From Alphaproteobacteria bacterium (GTDB taxonomy: Bacteria; Pseudomonadota; Alphaproteobacteria; GCA-016699305): 64,000 nucleotides of DNA. Within the stretch, counting starts at the first letter, position 1. Each line of letters starts with the position of its first letter. This document shows, one piece after another, positions 1 to 9,288 of the stretch. The position numbers and the translations under genes are program-made. The DNA is taken from contig CP064970.1 of the NCBI GenBank assembly GCA_016699305.1, positions 522,066-586,065 of the forward strand, read 5' to 3'. The notes under the pieces are model-generated. The model saw only the letters and a program-made list of their open reading frames with translations, made no database searches and was not told the DNA's origin.

Positions 1-408
1 GAATTGCAGGGGGTTGTTCAAGAAGAATCCTGCCAGTCCGATCTTGCGACTGTACCCGTATATATGGACATTACCGCCACCGGCGAACCTTGTAGCCGCA
101 GCAAAAATGGCTTGATCGCTGAAGATGAAGACCTTCTCAAAGCTCAGCTTGCGCATCATCGCAACCAACGTGAAGAACACCGATGGCAGCTTTTCAGGCG
201 TTGTCAGATCCGCGCTAAGTATCTCAGCCGATAGCTCGACGAAACAATCCACCAGATCTTCCGGTTCAAGAATGCGGCGGGCGGCGGAAACATCACCTGT
301 GAGCAGGGTAACCTTTCCGCTGGGATCTTCAGCGGCTAGACGCCGAATAACGGGTTCATGCCAAATGAAATCACGCAGCCCCGCTTCGGGCAGAAATACG
401 CCGATCAT
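1..408 (-). CDS. hypothetical protein; gene starts at 408 and runs off the window edge, so only the N-terminal part is present
   Basis: The reverse strand reads without a stop from ATG (plus-strand 406-408) to position 1, giving MIGVFLPEAGLRDFIWHEPVIRRLAAEDPSGKVTLLT...GGGNVHIYGYSRKIGLAGFFLNNPLQF. It is absent from the ORF track only because no stop lies in the window. The plus-strand ORFs here (4..234, 125..529) are S/R-rich low complexity. Confidence 0.4.
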   Translation of the reverse strand, partial: MIGVFLPEAGLRDFIWHEPVIRRLAAEDPSGKVTLLTGDVSAARRILEPEDLVDCFVELSAEILSADLTTPEKLPSVFFTLVAMMRKLSFEKVFIFSDQAIFAAATRFAGGGNVHIYGYSRKIGLAGFFLNNPLQF

Positions 409-812
409 AGATTCCGAGACTTCCCGGGATGTGCCGGTATTGAGCGGCGACTCTAAGTCGAGTTTGGCCGACTCTTGCGATTCATTCGACACTCTCGGTT
501 CCCCTTCCGTGGCACAAGGACCTGATTAAGAGATGTTTTACGCCCTAAATCTTATCATGAAGTAAGCGGACGGAATATGTCCACGGCATTGTATTGTCCG
601 CGAGGTGTCATACCTGATGGGTGTGGATCGAGACGGATGCCTCGCCATCGGTGCGTATCGTGATTCCTGCGCCTCGACAGAGGAAGGCCTTTGTCTCTGG
701 CCACCGAAAGAAGGCCGAATCCCTTCGATCATTTCGTTTCACGGTTTAGTAACTGGTTGGTGATAGAAATGATCTTCAGTCGCGAGACTCGTCATTTCAA
801 GGAGCTACAAGA

Positions 813-2114
813 GTGCATACCGCTATGGCCGCCGTGGCGGTTCATGAATCGGATTGGCGATCATTCTTGTGGCGAGCTTTCGTCAAGCCGTTTACATCGG
901 GACGCTTGGGGTTGGTGTACGCCAGCGGGGTGCTGTCGCAACTTGGCTCGGTTTTGGCGAGCATTTTTATCGTTGTGGACATGGCACATGAAGGCCTATG
1001 GGCCATGGCAGCTTTTCTGTTCACGCGTTATTTAGTAACAGCCGTGGGCTTTTCCGGTCTGGCATGGGTGGCCCCCTATCTGTCCCGCGCCATTTTATGG
1101 ATCATGGTTTTGACGACGTCCGTTTTGGCTGTCACGGCGGCCATGATATGGGCACATAGTCCCATTGTGATCGGAGTGGCCTTATCTGTGGCCATAGTTC
1201 CCTTCTGGTTCGCCTTTCACACCATCATGCTGGCATCGACGCATGATGAAGACCGTGGCGAAGAAGTTTCAATGGCTTGGGTCAGCAATGTGTTAGGGGG
1301 AATGTTCGGAGCCATATTGGCTGGCGTTTTCCTGGCCAGCGGCGTGGAGCGCAGCGATGCAGCAGGCTTGGGCTTTGCCTTCAATGGCTTGGGTGCTCTG
1401 TGTTTGCTACCCCTGTTGCCAAATTTGCATGTACTGCATCAGAAAACATCTGCCGCACTTCGGGAAGGTGAGCAAGACGTGCTGCATAACGAGAGTCTTT
1501 GGCGCGCTTTGCACCGTCCGCGCCGGTATGTGTTTTCAACCCTTGCAACCAGTATGTCCGAAGCCCTGACGGCCTTTCTGTTACCCGTGTGGCTGAAGAT
1601 GGCGGGAGTCGCGGGTTTGGCTATCGGCTTGGCCTTTGCATTAAAGGCAAGCGTGCGCTTTGTGCTCTCGCCCCTGACGGGCATCCTGGTACGCCGGGCT
1701 AAGGGACAAGAATTGTCGCTCAGTGCTATATGTTCAGGGCTGGGTTGGTTGGGATGGCTGATCCTATCTCCATCGGCAGCTTTGCTCACAGGCACGACTT
1801 TGCTATGGACGGCGGGAGAGCATCTGTATGGTGTGGGCATGGATAGCCGGTGGTACGCTACCCGCTCCTATGCCTGCCTCGTTGTGCGCGAGATATATCT
1901 GACGGTGGGCCGCTGTTTGGTCACTTTAATCGCCTTGCCCATTATCTATGGAACGCCAGACCACTTCCCGCTGATCGGCATCGCGATCGCAAGCATTCTT
2001 TATGCGTGCAGTTTCGGATGGAATCCAAAACTGCATATGGCGAAGGAAAGTTCGCCGACAACGCTTGTTAAGGAAACCGCTCCCAAGTCATTACTTACGG
2101 GAAGTAGAGTCTGA
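813..2114 (+). CDS. polytopic membrane protein, MFS-transporter-like
   Basis: 433 aa with about 10-12 hydrophobic helices. GTG start at 813 preceded by AAGGAG (799-804). No specific family motif recognised. Confidence 0.5.
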   Translation: MHTAMAAVAVHESDWRSFLWRAFVKPFTSGRLGLVYASGVLSQLGSVLASIFIVVDMAHEGLWAMAAFLFTRYLVTAVGFSGLAWVAPYLSRAILWIMVLTTSVLAVTAAMIWAHSPIVIGVALSVAIVPFWFAFHTIMLASTHDEDRGEEVSMAWVSNVLGGMFGAILAGVFLASGVERSDAAGLGFAFNGLGALCLLPLLPNLHVLHQKTSAALREGEQDVLHNESLWRALHRPRRYVFSTLATSMSEALTAFLLPVWLKMAGVAGLAIGLAFALKASVRFVLSPLTGILVRRAKGQELSLSAICSGLGWLGWLILSPSAALLTGTTLLWTAGEHLYGVGMDSRWYATRSYACLVVREIYLTVGRCLVTLIALPIIYGTPDHFPLIGIAIASILYACSFGWNPKLHMAKESSPTTLVKETAPKSLLTGSRV

Positions 2115-2163
2115 CCTTTTCCCCGTTTAGTGCCTCACAGCGAATAGACCTTCCGTATAAAGC

Positions 2164-2197
2164 ACCGCCCGGCCCCAGAACTCGGGAACCGGGCGGG
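2164..2197. terminator. GC-rich hairpin between convergent genes; possible bidirectional terminator
   Basis: ccgcccgg ... ccgggcgg forms an 8-bp stem with a 16-nt loop in the 107-bp gap between the convergent 813..2114(+) and hsp20(-) genes. There is no clean U-tract. Confidence 0.3.
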
Positions 2198-2221
2198 TCT
2201 GAGCCTGCCTGCCGCTTGGGA

Positions 2222-2725
2222 TCAGGCGGCTTGCTTGCGCGGCGAAGCGATTTCCGCCCTCTTCTCAGGTCCTTTCATCTCTCCTGATTTGGCGGCGGCA
2301 ATGGCGATCGTCCGCGGCTTCATGGCCTCGGGCACCTCCCGCACCAGGTCGATGTGAAGCATGCCGTTGACCAAGGACGCATCCGTCACGCGGATATGGT
2401 CGGCCAGTTGGAACCTTCTTTCAAAGGCCCGCGTGGCGATACCCCTGTGCAGGTACTGTTTTTCCTCTGCTTCTTCCGGTTCGCGCAGTTGCTGACGCCC
2501 CGAGACGACAAGGGCGTTTTCCTGGGTGGTGATGCCTAGGTCGCTCTCGGCAAACCCGGCCACCGCCATACTGATGCGGTAATTGTCCTCCCCCAATTTC
2601 TCGATATTGTAGGGGGGATAGGACAAGGCGGCATCGTCCATCCGCATGGCCGCATCCATCATACGGGCCACGCTGTCAAAACCAACCGTGGAACGGAACA
2701 GGGGTGTGAGATCGAAGGTGCGCAT
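2222..2725 (-). CDS. Hsp20/alpha-crystallin family small heat-shock protein
   Basis: The internal start MRTFDLTPLFRSTVGFD is the typical alphaproteobacterial sHsp N-terminus. The alpha-crystallin core (ISMAVAGF..LVV..) is present. ATG at 2725 is preceded by a perfect AAGGAGG 7 nt upstream. The tool ORF extends to 2884, but that N-terminal extension has no support. Confidence 0.85.
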   Translation of the reverse strand: MRTFDLTPLFRSTVGFDSVARMMDAAMRMDDAALSYPPYNIEKLGEDNYRISMAVAGFAESDLGITTQENALVVSGRQQLREPEEAEEKQYLHRGIATRAFERRFQLADHIRVTDASLVNGMLHIDLVREVPEAMKPRTIAIAAAKSGEMKGPEKRAEIASPRKQAA

Positions 2726-2878
2726 GGTCGTATCCTCCTTGTTTGAGCGATAACCCACAGACTCGCCCACCACGGGCCAAGCCTGCATCCAACGCCCGGA
2801 GGCCCAGAATTCACCCGTGAACCCTTTGTTGGCACCTCCCGGCATAACTGTATCTAGTGCGGGACAGGACGCCGTCAA
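2726..2878 (-). promoter_or_regulatory. sigma70-like promoter plus a roughly 115-nt 5' UTR; candidate ROSE-type RNA thermometer for hsp20
   Basis: On the minus strand: TTGACG (2878-2873), a 16-nt spacer, then TAGATA (2856-2851). An AT-rich UP-like stretch (2870-2900) lies upstream. The long leader ends in an AAGGAGG SD with upstream CCUCC-containing segments that could sequester it. No folding was done. Confidence 0.3.
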
Positions 2879-2901
2879 GACCATCTATTATATTGATAAT
2901 A

Positions 2902-4548
2902 TTACCATTTTGGAGGAGATTCATACAGATCCGGCAGATCGTTCTCGTACAACACGACATCGTTATTTCGAAGATTGGAGTTTAGCCATGCCTTTGCCGC
3001 CGCAAAACCGGGAAAGGTTTCGATCTGCAGGTCCTGACGTTCTGATGCGCGAAGGCCTTGCATGAAGGTCGGAATCCGAATCGCCGCGATCACCAGCACG
3101 ATATCGGCCCATTGCGCACTTTGTTCACCCAAAAAGCGGTGCTCCGGGTCGTGCCTGACACCCAGTTCGACAAGGCCTGGCGTGACCAAGATGCGCCGAC
3201 CTTTCGACTCCTTGGCCAGCAGGTCCAACACTTCCAAGGCCACTTGGAAACCGCCGGGATTGGAATTATAGGCGTCGTCGATCACCGTCGGTGCGCCGGG
3301 TGTGCGACGCACTTCCAGCCGATGGCTGATTTGCGGCATATGGCTCAGGGCCGCCGCCGCCATAACCGGGGATACTCCGCAGCGCACGGCCAGGGCGAAA
3401 GCCACCGCCATATTGCCCACATGATGCACACCCCAAAGCGGGGCCTGAATGGCGTAATCTTGGCCTTGATGGCGCAGCGTGAACGACAACCCCGCCGTCG
3501 TCTGGCTGACATGAAGAATGCGTATGGTGGGCGCCTCGGGATGATCCTGCGCTGAAACCAGGCAGAAATGATCGGGCTCCACGCGGGACTGCCAGAACTC
3601 CTCGTCCATGGCATCGATGTTCAAAACCACGGTGCCGCCTTGCGCGGTCGCAGCGGTGGCGATCTCGAATTTAGCCTGAGCAACGGCGGATAACGTCTTG
3701 AAACGTTCATAATGCGCGGTGCCGATCGCGGTGATAGCGGCATGATTGGGCGGGAATAGGCGGCATAACCTGTCGATCGAACCCGGACCATAGGCCCCCA
3801 TCTCCACCACGAAGAAGCGATGTTGATCGCTCAACTGCCCGCGCACCACGCCCGCCACGCCAAGGAGCGTATTGACGCTGCCAGGCGTCACCAGAGTGGG
3901 CGATTGGGCCGACAAGATATGTCCCAGGATATGCTTGCACGATGTTTTGCCAAACGAGCCGGTGATGCCAATAACGCAGGGTTTAAGACGTTCAAGCTTG
4001 GCCTTGGCCTCACGCAGATAGCGGCGGCGTCCCGCCTCCTCAAGCGGCCACAGCAGAATATTCGCCGCCACCAACAGCACGGGCAATAATTGGATCACCA
4101 CCACCAGCGCCAAGGCTATGGGGTAACCGGGACCACGGGCGGCAAGGTCGATATCCATGAATGCCAGCAACGCCAGAATCAGCACCAGCGAGAACGCCAC
4201 GATCAACAGGCGATAAGCGCGGGGCGTCATCGCCAAAGGTTTTTTCGATTGATCGGCACGGCGCGGATCCGTCTCGCGCAGGAAAGACATCATCAGAGTC
4301 GATGCGGCCAGAACCGAGAATAAGGGCGACACCATGATGCCCATGGTGCAGCCCAACAGAACCAACACCATGCTGACATAACGATCCAGCCCATGCCGCC
4401 ATATCCAGGATAGGAAGCGGGCGTTGTCGTATTCTTCCTGCTGGAAATAGTGCAACAGGCGCATCAGTCGCTTGCTCGTGAAGGCCAGCGAGGCAAGGAT
4501 CAGCAGGATCAAGATGATGTGGGACAACCACGATGTCGAAGCGGACAT
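2902..4548 (-). CDS. Mur ligase family protein (MurF-like fold) with an N-terminal polytopic membrane domain; paralog outside the dcw cluster
   Basis: 548 aa. The first roughly 190 aa are strongly hydrophobic. GITGSFGKTSCKHIL matches the Mur ligase P-loop. The central and C-terminal Mur ligase domains are recognisable (…AYNSNPGGF…ILVTPGLVELG…). Confidence 0.7.
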   Translation of the reverse strand: MSASTSWLSHIILILLILASLAFTSKRLMRLLHYFQQEEYDNARFLSWIWRHGLDRYVSMVLVLLGCTMGIMVSPLFSVLAASTLMMSFLRETDPRRADQSKKPLAMTPRAYRLLIVAFSLVLILALLAFMDIDLAARGPGYPIALALVVVIQLLPVLLVAANILLWPLEEAGRRRYLREAKAKLERLKPCVIGITGSFGKTSCKHILGHILSAQSPTLVTPGSVNTLLGVAGVVRGQLSDQHRFFVVEMGAYGPGSIDRLCRLFPPNHAAITAIGTAHYERFKTLSAVAQAKFEIATAATAQGGTVVLNIDAMDEEFWQSRVEPDHFCLVSAQDHPEAPTIRILHVSQTTAGLSFTLRHQGQDYAIQAPLWGVHHVGNMAVAFALAVRCGVSPVMAAAALSHMPQISHRLEVRRTPGAPTVIDDAYNSNPGGFQVALEVLDLLAKESKGRRILVTPGLVELGVRHDPEHRFLGEQSAQWADIVLVIAAIRIPTFMQGLRASERQDLQIETFPGFAAAKAWLNSNLRNNDVVLYENDLPDLYESPPKW

Positions 4549-4560
4549 GATTTGACCTTG

Positions 4561-5343
4561 CTATAGTCTGTGCGTGAAATCCAGAATCAAAGGGCGGGTC
4601 TGGCTTAATCCCCGAGACAGGATCGTCAGATGATCCAGATGTGGCAAGATATGCAGCATCGCATGGGGCATCAATCGCGCGTAACGCTGGCCGAATTCGG
4701 GGGGCGTTTCGGTGTCATGTTCGCCATAGATCAGTAGGGCGGGACAGGCCACCTGCGGCGCGACGCTTGACAAATCCTCGCCCAAAATCCGCACGAGGAT
4801 TGGCCGCATTTTCTCCGCCGCGCGATAATCGGAACTGCCCATATGCGCGGCCAAAAGCGGCTTAAACTGCGTCCCCAAACAACGATCCGCCGCCCGCGCC
4901 AAGCGCGCCAGCGTTTTCATTCCCAAAGCTCGCGCGCGCCAAATAACAGAACGAGGTTTCTTTAATCCTGCCGCCGCCAAGCCGACGACTCCCCTCACCT
5001 GCCCCTTGTGCCGAGCCGCCAGCTGAATGGCGATCCGCCCTCCCAAAGAATGACCGATCACAATAACCGGCCCCATTCCCTGCTTGGCCAAATGCCGCGC
5101 GAGAGAGTCGGCATAGTCGCCGCTGTCCCCTATCTGGGACGGCGGCGGGCTTTGCCCGAAACCTGGGATATCGAATGACATGACATATGCGCCAGACTCA
5201 CAGGCCAATCGCTCGGCCAACGGGCGCATATCGGCGCGGCTGCGGCCCCAGCCGTGCAAGAGCACATAAATCGGGCCTTCCAGGGTGGAATTCCCCCAAG
5301 AATCATGGCTCCATTCCATCGGCCCGGATTCAGCATCAATCAT
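4561..5343 (-). CDS. alpha/beta-fold hydrolase
   Basis: 260 aa. HGWGRS oxyanion region, GHSLGG nucleophile elbow and a C-terminal His. Lies 12 nt upstream of, and co-directional with, the Mur-ligase-like gene. Confidence 0.8.
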   Translation of the reverse strand: MIDAESGPMEWSHDSWGNSTLEGPIYVLLHGWGRSRADMRPLAERLACESGAYVMSFDIPGFGQSPPPSQIGDSGDYADSLARHLAKQGMGPVIVIGHSLGGRIAIQLAARHKGQVRGVVGLAAAGLKKPRSVIWRARALGMKTLARLARAADRCLGTQFKPLLAAHMGSSDYRAAEKMRPILVRILGEDLSSVAPQVACPALLIYGEHDTETPPEFGQRYARLMPHAMLHILPHLDHLTILSRGLSQTRPLILDFTHRL

Positions 5344-5484
5344 TTATTAACCTTTGGAATGTCCTGATTCATCGGGTGAGGCGCGTGGTTCGGACGCTTA
5401 TAGCGTGCTGGCCCGTCTTCTCCCATGCTTTGTTTAGATAACGATCCGATAATTGGCGGGCATAACGGATCGGGAGCGGAGGCC

Positions 5485-6555
5485 ATGGCCGAAGATCAAG
5501 ACGAATCTCAAAAAACCGAAGCCCCGACCAGCAAGCGTCTGAGCGAAGCGCGCGAACAGGGCAATATTCCTGTCAGCCGCGAAGTGGGCAGTTGGTTCTT
5601 GTTGCTTGGTGGTTTATCTATCACCGCCATGCTGGCCGCGCCCCTATCAAAGACATTCATTGATAACATGAAATCTCTGTTAGAACATGTTGATGATACA
5701 GAAGTTACGACATCGAATGTCGGCGGCATTATGCTGTCGGCACTGGCAGCCCCGGGCTGGCCGGCGGCCTTGGTTTTTCTGCTGCTGTTGGTCGTGGCCA
5801 TTGCTGGAACCATGATTCAGACTGGCTTATTTTATTCAACGCAGCTTTTGGCTCCTCAATGGTCGCGCCTATCTCCATTGGAAGGAATGAAGCGCCTGGT
5901 GTCGATTCACAGCGTGGTCGAGATGATCAAGGGCATGTTGAAGCTGGCATTGGTCGGCACCGTAGCCTGGATGATCTTGTCTCCCGCACTGGAACACTCC
6001 GAAACCATGGTTGGCCTGGGGATGGTCGAAATTTCGCATCACCTTAAGAACAAAGTGGTGCATTTAGCTGGGTCGGTGCTATTGGCGGCCTCATTGGTGG
6101 CGATTGGAGATTTAATTTGGCAGCGAATGGAATATTATCGTCGTCTGCGCATGACCAAACAGGAGGTGAAAGACGAGTTTCGCCAGTCCGAAGGAGATCC
6201 GGTCGTCAAAAGTCGATTGCGCCAGATTCGCATGCGGCGTGCGCGGCAACGTATGATGGCCCAAATCCCCAAGGCCGATGTGGTCATCACGAACCCGACT
6301 CACGTCGCCGTGGCTTTGCGATACGCACCAAGCGAAATGCGCGCGCCGATGGTCCTGGCCAAGGGTGCCGACCTGATCGCCAAACGTATCCGCGATGTCG
6401 CCAAAGAACATGGCGTACCTCTGGTGGAAAATCCACCATTGGCCCGTACATTGTACGCCACAGTCGAGATTGACCAGGAAATCCCAACACAGCACTATCG
6501 CGCTGTGGCCGAGATCATCTCGTATGTATTCCGTCTCAAGAACCAGAAAATATGA
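5485..6555 (+). CDS. flhB: flagellar biosynthesis protein FlhB (type III export gate)
   Basis: N-terminal MAEDQDESQKTEAPTSKRLSEAREQGN is the FlhB signature. It has 4 TM segments and the NPTH autocleavage motif (VITNPTHVAVAL). The internal ATG at 5485 follows a GGAG; the tool ORF starts at 5425. Confidence 0.9.
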   Translation: MAEDQDESQKTEAPTSKRLSEAREQGNIPVSREVGSWFLLLGGLSITAMLAAPLSKTFIDNMKSLLEHVDDTEVTTSNVGGIMLSALAAPGWPAALVFLLLLVVAIAGTMIQTGLFYSTQLLAPQWSRLSPLEGMKRLVSIHSVVEMIKGMLKLALVGTVAWMILSPALEHSETMVGLGMVEISHHLKNKVVHLAGSVLLAASLVAIGDLIWQRMEYYRRLRMTKQEVKDEFRQSEGDPVVKSRLRQIRMRRARQRMMAQIPKADVVITNPTHVAVALRYAPSEMRAPMVLAKGADLIAKRIRDVAKEHGVPLVENPPLARTLYATVEIDQEIPTQHYRAVAEIISYVFRLKNQKI

Positions 6556-9173
6556 AGGACCCCTCCGTTACCATGCAAGGAAAACCCCTGACCATTCGTT
6601 CCAACCGACCCGCCGGGACCGTCCTGGCGATGCTGCACGACATGCCCGAAGTCAAGGTCACGCTGGTTGGTATTGTGGTCCTGTTAGGCTTGGGATTGTT
6701 GGTACTTGTGCTGCCACTGATCGGCACACGGATGGACGAGCCGGTCCTGTTATCCGTACTGGCGGCCACAATGCTGCTGGCTGCCGGGGTGTTCTGGTAC
6801 CATTTGCGTCGCGTGGCCTTGGGTCACGCCACCAGCGAGTCCCTCTTACGCGATGCCTTTCACGGCGGCGTGGTGCCCCGGTTGATTACAGACTTCGAAG
6901 GACAGTTGGTCCTGGCCAACCGCGCCTTCGCAGACTGGCTGCCGCCTTCCGGACGCGGCGATGTTGAGGAGAACCTTGCCGTCTTCTTCTCCACCACCTC
7001 TCCTGCCGTTCAATCGGAATTTCAACGCCTACGCCGCGCCGCTCATCAAGGACGTACGGCCAACGCCGACCTTCCGGTGCGCCGCACACCTTCTTCGGCG
7101 ATAGAATGGCGGCAGGTGATCGCCCGTCCCTTGCCCGGCTGGGTAGGATATGTGCAATGGGATTTCGAGGACGTCAGCGAAAGACGTCGCGTCGAGCGCA
7201 GTGTGCGCGAAGAAAAAGCCAAGCTGGCCGACTTTATGGCGCATGCGCCGGTGGGCATCTATTCCGCCAATCAAGACGGCCAGATTCTCTATGCCAACCG
7301 CACTTTGGCCGATTGGTTAGGCCGCACTCCGGCTGAATTAACATCGGGCAAACTATGTCTTCACGACTTATTGGCCGCACCACCCACCGGCGCGCGCCCC
7401 TACGCCGTCGTCGCAGGATCCAATGGGCATTTAGGTGGCGAAGTCTCGTTGCGACACCGCGAAGGACAGATGATACCCGCCTTTATCACGCAAACCGTTG
7501 TCGCAAGTGGAGAGGATGAAAAACAACTACGCACACGTTCAGTCGTGCGTAACCTGACCACCGAGCGACAATGGCAGCAGGCATTGGACCAATCCGAGGC
7601 GCGGTTTCAGCACCTGTTCGCTGAGGCACCCATCGGCATCGTCCTGCTTAATCCCGAGATGGCGATTGTCGAGACCAATCGCGCCTTTTGCACCATGCTG
7701 GGTTTTCGTGATGAAGACATGTCAGGGCGCGAGTTCCAAAATCTGATCGGTACGGATCAACAAGAACAGATCATCCAGGCTTTGCACAACTCCATCAACG
7801 GCGCGCACTTTCCCCATGGGCTAGAGACCATCTTGATCGGACGGCGCATGGCCGCCGTGCATCTGTTCGCGACTCCACTTGAACCCGGGTCAAAGCCCGA
7901 AGGTATGCGCGCACGTCTGATGAACGGCGGCTTGGTTCTGCATTTTATCGACCGCACCGAACAAAAGCGCATGGAAACGCAATTCGTTCAGTCGCAAAAG
8001 ATGCAGGCCATCGGCCAATTGGCCGGAGGCGTCGCGCACGACTTCAACAATCTGCTAACGGCCATGATGGGCTTTTGCGATTTGTTACTACAACGGCATA
8101 AGCCGGGCGACCAATCCTTCGCCGATATCATGCAAATCAAACATAACGCCAATCGCGCCGCCAATCTGGTGCGGCAATTGCTGGCCTTCTCGCGCCAGCA
8201 AACCTTGCAGCCCAAGGTGATCGATGTCACCGACGTTCTAGCCGAATTATCAAATCTGCTGCGTCGATTGATCGGCGCGACCGTCGAGATGCAGATGATC
8301 CATGGCCGCGATCTGGCTCCCGTACGCGTGGATCAAGGCCAGCTGGAACAGGTGATTATCAACTTGGTTGTCAATTCGCGCGACGCGATGCCAGATGGCG
8401 GCAAAGTGACTATTGTCACACGCAACCACCGCCAGGACAAAATCATCGTCCGTGGTCAGGATGAAATGGTACCAGGCAACTATGTGATGATTGAGGTCAC
8501 CGATACGGGCACAGGCATCGCCAAAGAAAACCTGGAACGCATCTTCGAGCCGTTTTTCTCGACCAAGGAAGTCGGCTCTGGTACGGGCCTTGGCCTATCC
8601 ATGGTCTATGGAATCATGCGACAGACAGGCGGATTTATCGATGTAGAAAGCGAGATGGGCCACGGCGCAAGATTTCGTATCTATATTCCTTGGTACGTCG
8701 ATCCCGGCAAATCCGCGCCACCTCTGCAACTGACAGATGCATCGCGCGAATCGAGCAACGCTGATCTGACAGGCGCTGGCACAGTGCTGCTAGTCGAGGA
8801 TGAGGACGCGGTACGCGTATTCAGCGCCCGCGCCTTACGTAACAAGGGGTATACCGTTCATGAGGCGCATAGCGGCGAAGAAGCTCTGTCGGTTCTAGAG
8901 CGATTGAAGGGCGATGTGCAGCTTCTCATTAGCGATGTGGTGATGCCGCAGATGGATGGTCCCACACTGATCCACAAAGTGCACGAGAAATGGCCGCATC
9001 TGAAAGTGATTTTCATTTCGGGATATACTGAAGACCGTTTCCGCGATCAGCTTAGGGAGGGCGAGATCGTCCACTTCCTCGGCAAGCCGTTCTCCCTGAA
9101 GCAATTGGCAGCCAAGGTCAAGGATGTTCTACAAAACGCCGAGGTTCACCCCGGCACCAACACCATCCACTGA
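6552..9173 (+). CDS. cckA: hybrid sensor histidine kinase / response regulator, CckA-like (TM - PAS x2 - HisKA - HATPase - REC)
   Basis: 873 aa. The H-box (QAIGQLAGGVAHDFNNLLTAMMGF) and the C-terminal receiver (LLVEDEDAVR…ISDVVMPQMDG…KPF) closely resemble CckA. Two PAS-like repeats follow a TM anchor. The start overlaps the flhB stop by 4 nt (ATGA). Confidence 0.8.
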   Translation: MKDPSVTMQGKPLTIRSNRPAGTVLAMLHDMPEVKVTLVGIVVLLGLGLLVLVLPLIGTRMDEPVLLSVLAATMLLAAGVFWYHLRRVALGHATSESLLRDAFHGGVVPRLITDFEGQLVLANRAFADWLPPSGRGDVEENLAVFFSTTSPAVQSEFQRLRRAAHQGRTANADLPVRRTPSSAIEWRQVIARPLPGWVGYVQWDFEDVSERRRVERSVREEKAKLADFMAHAPVGIYSANQDGQILYANRTLADWLGRTPAELTSGKLCLHDLLAAPPTGARPYAVVAGSNGHLGGEVSLRHREGQMIPAFITQTVVASGEDEKQLRTRSVVRNLTTERQWQQALDQSEARFQHLFAEAPIGIVLLNPEMAIVETNRAFCTMLGFRDEDMSGREFQNLIGTDQQEQIIQALHNSINGAHFPHGLETILIGRRMAAVHLFATPLEPGSKPEGMRARLMNGGLVLHFIDRTEQKRMETQFVQSQKMQAIGQLAGGVAHDFNNLLTAMMGFCDLLLQRHKPGDQSFADIMQIKHNANRAANLVRQLLAFSRQQTLQPKVIDVTDVLAELSNLLRRLIGATVEMQMIHGRDLAPVRVDQGQLEQVIINLVVNSRDAMPDGGKVTIVTRNHRQDKIIVRGQDEMVPGNYVMIEVTDTGTGIAKENLERIFEPFFSTKEVGSGTGLGLSMVYGIMRQTGGFIDVESEMGHGARFRIYIPWYVDPGKSAPPLQLTDASRESSNADLTGAGTVLLVEDEDAVRVFSARALRNKGYTVHEAHSGEEALSVLERLKGDVQLLISDVVMPQMDGPTLIHKVHEKWPHLKVIFISGYTEDRFRDQLREGEIVHFLGKPFSLKQLAAKVKDVLQNAEVHPGTNTIH

Positions 9174-9288
9174 CCCTATCATGCGTTTCATTCTTGCAAC
9201 AGTCACCAACGGCTCGCCTTTCTTGTGTTTGCGCATAAAGGGAGGGGTGTCTATCATTCTGGCGCGTTATGACTTTATCCGGCTTTAA

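Noticed and set aside
125-529. Plus-strand ORFs 4..234 and 125..529 at the window start
   Set aside because: S/R/A-rich low-complexity translations. The opposite strand carries a clean stop-free reading frame with protein-like composition, reported above as a partial CDS.
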